Notes under the pieces: generated by a model
What the model saw: the letters and a program-made list of their open reading frames with translations, nothing else
Databases searched by the model: none
What the model was told of the DNA's origin: nothing
Origin: Zootoca vivipara
Lineage: Eukaryota
Length of the DNA stretch: 64,000 nucleotides
NCBI RefSeq assembly: GCF_963506605.1
Contig: NC_083288.1
Span: 38,068,001-38,132,000, forward strand
Reading direction: 5' to 3'
In this document: piece after piece, positions 60,801-64,000 of the stretch
Layout of the letters: each line of letters begins with the position of its first letter
How positions within the stretch are numbered: position 1 is the first letter of the stretch
Program-made: the position numbers and the translations under genes

Positions 60801-61380
60801 AGTAAAACATTATCAGGTATCCTGGCCACTCTCTCAAATTTCTGTGGTAGAAGTATGCTGAGTATGGGAAAGAGGAAGACTGAGAGGAGATAGGATAGCC
60901 ACCTTCAAATATCTCAAGGGCTGTCCCATGGAAGAGGGAACAAGCTCGTTCTCTCCTGCTCTGGAGGGCAGGACTCGAACTAGTGGCTTAAAGTTACAAT
61001 AAAGGAGGTTCCGACTAAACCTCAGGAAGAACTTTCCGACAGTAAGAGCTCTTCGACAGTGGAAAGGTCTCCCTTGGGAGCTGGTGGATTCTCCTTCCCT
61101 TGGAGATTTTTAAGCTATCTGCCATGGATGCTTTAGCTGAGATCCCTGCATTGCAGGGGGTTGTACTAGATGACCGCCGGGGTCCCCACTTCCAACTCTT
61201 AAGATTCTATGAACAAAGGCTCTCGCGGTGACCAGCCGCGAGACCACAACGGGAAGCCCCAAAGCAGGCCGCGGGCACAGCGGCGACCCCGCTTCGCTCG
61301 CTACAACCGGTAACTAGCGCCCAGAGACGCGCAGGCGGGGGGACACTTACCTTCCCAGGCGGGTCCTTCACCAAACGCAT
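48414..61380 (-). CDS. KIF22: Kinesin-like protein KIF22 (Kid, kinesin-10 chromokinesin), ~620 aa
   Basis: Exons 61380-61351, 60029-59824, 57694-57567, 57414-57266, 55770-55330, 55239-55086, 53977-53872, 53692-53515, 52713-52596, 52507-52431, 50685-50482 and 48485-48414 (or spliced at 48426), all with consistent phases. Motifs [11 protein letters not shown]-loop [28 protein letters not shown], and HhH DNA-binding LHQIGKKKA. The last few residues are uncertain. Confidence 0.95.
49519..49815 (-). mobile_element. Sauria SINE, internally deleted
   Basis: Reverse complement similarity to 42728-43101. Confidence 0.8.
51097..51685. mobile_element. Non-autonomous hAT element with a GC-rich internal insert
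   Basis: TIRs CAGAGGTCGGCAAC / CTTGCCGACCCCTG and exact 8-bp TSD GTCTAGAC (51089-51096, 51686-51693). Confidence 0.88.
51832..51877. repeat. (GA)n microsatellite
   Basis: Perfect GA run. Confidence 0.95.
54613..54748. mobile_element. Palindromic hAT MITE copy
   Basis: Exact 8-bp TSD ACCTAAAC. Confidence 0.85.
58543..59749 (-). mobile_element. Possible solo LTR interrupted by a Penelope-like fragment and a mariner MITE
   Basis: TG...CA ends with a possible 4-bp TSD CCAT. Minus-strand TATATAA (~58740) followed by AATAAA (~58658). Boundaries are ambiguous. Confidence 0.35.
59394..59678. mobile_element. Tc1/mariner (Tigger-like) MITE
   Basis: TIRs CAGTGGTGCCTCGCAA / TTGCGAGGTACCACTG with TA TSD. 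Confidence 0.85.
60200..60440 (+). mobile_element. tRNA-derived squamate SINE (Squam3-like)
   Basis: A box TGGTGTAGTGG, B box GGTTCGCATC and (CTT)n tail. Confidence 0.8.
60560..60694. mobile_element. Palindromic hAT MITE copy
   Basis: Same family as 4700-4837. No clear TSD. Confidence 0.75.
60880..61211 (+). mobile_element. CR1 LINE 3' end
   Basis: ORF2 C-terminal remnant (FKYLKGC..., RKNF.TVR) and tail ...CTAGATGACC...TTCCAACTCT..GATTCTATGA. Shorter tails at ~41804-41885 and ~39965-40035. Confidence 0.75.
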
Positions 61381-61810
61381 CTCCGAGCAGCTCCCGGACT
61401 TCGTTTGAATTTGACTCTAAGCCCGCCCCAGGAGGGAGAAAGCGGCCAATCGGAGAGAGGGAAGGACCCAGCCGTTGATCACTGCGCCTGCGCAGAGATC
61501 AAGTTCCGCCGGAGAAAAAGCGGCCGCTTCCTCCCCCCTTCCCTTTTAAGCCGCGCGTGCGCAGTTGAGAAAGTGACCGGTACTTTTGAGTACCGCCTCT
61601 CAAGGCAGCAGCCCCAGCAGCGTTCGATAGTTCTTAGACTCGACTTTTGCGGGCTAGTTTTGGGTGATCGGTTGTGCGCCGCTCAGCTTTTGATCCTTGG
61701 TTGGTCCGGGGCGAAGGAAACAGACACGGAAGGGAAGCGCGCGAGCTTCGAGGTCCGGATAAGACCCGCCGCGGGTGGGTGAACGAGCCCTTCCTCCCTT
61801 CCCTCGCAGG
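61220..61810 (-). promoter_or_regulatory. KIF22 CpG-island promoter with G2/M-type elements
   Basis: CHR-like TTTGAA at 61404-61409, CCAAT at 61446-61450, NRF1 TGCGCCTGCGCA at 61483-61494. Exon 1 donor AAG|GTAAGT at 61351. Confidence 0.75.
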
Positions 61811-63119
61811 CCACCTGCTGTGATGAAGACTTAATCAGCGATCGTGGTTCGTGTTTAGTGCCCAGCCGTAGAAGAAATGATCCGATGAAGTGTATTTGAG
61901 CGTGTGCAGAGTGACTTTGAAAAAAAATTAAAAAGAGGGGCGGGCAGGATCCTAAGACAATAGAATAGATCTTCTTTTAGTTGACTTTGAGCATGATCCA
62001 GCCGAAGTTAAGCATTTTAGGAGTGCCGCGGATTTATTTATTTATTTATTTCAGTGGCAAAAGTATAGAACCTCGTGCAATGTCCTCTTTTACTTATTAA
62101 TACAAGGGAGCAAGATGGAGTGACTTACGGGTAGCTGTTCGGGCTTAACTCTGCCATTGAACTCAATGGGCCGTAAGAAATGCATAACTTTGGATCATGA
62201 TCATACTTAACTAAAAGAAGGATGTAGCTTTGGAGTTAGCTGCACAGCTCTTCTCCAGAGTGGATAGTCAAGACACTTCTCTTTTAAAAAAATTAGCATA
62301 GGCCGGATGCCAAGCCCTGATTACTCTTGACTGGAGTAAAAAAATAAAAGCAACGGAAGAAAGGAATGTTAGTTTAATATTATAGCTGCTATCAGGTATG
62401 TTGAGGGTCCAGAATGACCAGTAGAAGCTCTTAGGAGTGCTTTTCTCCCAACCATTAACTTTCTGTAAGAAAATTTTAAGAGGCTGTGGAAAGTGGCATG
62501 CTTGGCAAATTCTAGTTCTGGGTTGGGGTGGGGTTCCTGCTTGAAACTGTGATGAAATAACATCTTTATGAAAAACTGTGGGAGAACTGGTGTAGAAGCT
62601 TCCTCTCGCTGGACTACTGATTTAAGGTCCTTGCCTGGCAGCAGTGGTTATATTGTTTGCCTCCATCTTCTATCCTCTACCCGAATATTTGGGAATAAAC
62701 CAAATATTACAAAAATGGCACTGTTCTCCAGCAATGTCTTCTCCGAAAGAAAGCTAAAGCCATGGATCATTGCCCATGAAACTTCTATCTGCTTTTCTTG
62801 GAATGTCCAAGCTGATGTGTGTGTAACTTTATTCGCTTGCTGCATTTTCAACAATATTGTACTGTGTTCGGTTTATGCAACAACCCTGTGAGGTAGGTTA
62901 AGAGGCTGTGACTGGCCCTAGGTCACCCAGTGACCTTCATGACTAGGTTGGGATTTGAACCCTGGTCTCCCAGGTCCTAGTCCGACACTCAAACCACTAC
63001 ACTGCACTGGCTTCCTGGAGTACGTATGCCATTGGGCAGCTATATAACATAAATTAAATAGGTAAATAAATATGGGGAAAGCAAAATGTCACTTGGAGGA
63101 GGATCTGAAATATTTTCCT

Positions 63120-63579
63120 TGAAGCTTGAATTTGTTTTATTCTTTATTGCTTTATTTGACATTTCAATGTGTTGTAAACAGCTTTGAGACTTTTTCTTTA
63201 AAATATAAAGTGATACAGGAATGAAATGAAGAATAACAACAAATTTCATTGGGGGGATGGCACCTAGACATTCCATTGTGGCGACTGTAACTCATGTTTA
63301 AGGCGCCGTTTGGCGCTTAGCTTATTTGTCTGAGTTTCTTAAGGGGCTTTTGTGAAAAGTAATATTTTGCCTTCTAAATCACTGCAGGGTTGGGCTGAGA
63401 CCATCCTCTTTAGGAAGCCGCAGTTGTGAAGACATTGCTTCTCTGCATATCAATTTTGATCTCCAGTGGAAGGGACTTTCCGCAGGGTCTTCCTGCTGAC
63501 CTTTGCCCCTGCTTGGGCTCCTAAAAAAAGGTATTTTTTGTCGTTGTTGCCAGTGTGATGTTTGGGTCTGCTGGGCCAT
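63120..63579 (-). other. Possible terminal exon and 3' UTR of an unidentified upstream minus-strand gene
   Basis: Strong acceptor TTTTTGTTTTTAG|ATGG at 63579 and three tandem AATAAA signals on the minus strand at ~63136-63157. No protein family recognised. Confidence 0.35.
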
Positions 63580-64000
63580 CTAAAAACAAAAACCCACAAT
63601 GGAGGTCCTTATGAGCAGCTGTGAAGAACGAGCCCAAGGTCTAAATGTTTGCGGAATAGAGCTTGACTGCAGTGGTAGAACTTCCTGGGTCATATTGATT
63701 GCCTAAGTGCAGTGAGAGCGAGGAAGAGGGAAAACTCAGTTTCCTGGCAAGAGAACTGTTCTTTGGCTGCTGTCCTATTCTCAGTCTTCTGGGCTTGGCA
63801 GTGGAGCTGTCTAGCGAGGTCTGTGGCTTGACAGCCAATGTACTGAACAGCAAGGAAGCTGTCTAATGATGCCAGCCAGGGTTATCAAAAGCCTGAAGAA
63901 TGATGCTGAAGAGCAAGTGAGCTGCTTATCAGGTTGCTGGGACAAAAGGATCTGTTAAATCTGGGGGCAATAGATGTATATTTGGGGGCCCTTTATAAAA

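Noticed and set aside
62540-62626. Candidate C/D-box snoRNA (GTGATGA at 62549, CTGA at 62617, 6-bp terminal stem)
   Set aside because: Non-canonical stem-to-box-C spacing, no clear C'/D' boxes, only a 9-nt rRNA-like complement not adjacent to box D, and no supported host gene.

Overview
Vertebrate (squamate, probably lacertid lizard) genomic DNA from the region syntenic to human 16p11.2. The lineage call rests on Sauria-type and Squam3-type SINEs, hAT and Tc1/mariner MITEs, and L1/CR1/L2 fragments. Four spliced genes on the minus strand could be assembled exon by exon with consistent phases: TMEM219 (6162-8003), a compact 344-aa NUFIP2-like paralog (24708-29916), KCTD13 (34921-39319) and KIF22 (48414-61380). 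There are five CpG-island promoters; the one at 1-960 is probably TAOK2's, by synteny only. The inferred ~14.5-kb first intron of TMEM219 holds two notable same-strand passengers. One is a very young, intact Ty1/Copia LTR retrotransposon (10695-15828; GCAAG TSD, 392-bp LTRs, single 1334-aa gag-pol ORF, duplicated tRNA-iMet PBS). The other is an intact 451-aa PIF/Harbinger transposase-like ORF (17600-18955) with its own splice acceptor and poly(A) signal but no visible TIRs or Myb partner, i.e. a candidate independent domestication sharing the TMEM219 promoter. Other highlights: a non-autonomous hAT element carrying a captured dynein heavy chain (DNAH10-like) exon fragment, a second hAT carrying what looks like a captured promoter/first exon, and a Helitron carrying a CTCF motif. 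All homology statements are from recall and manual translation, not from database searches.
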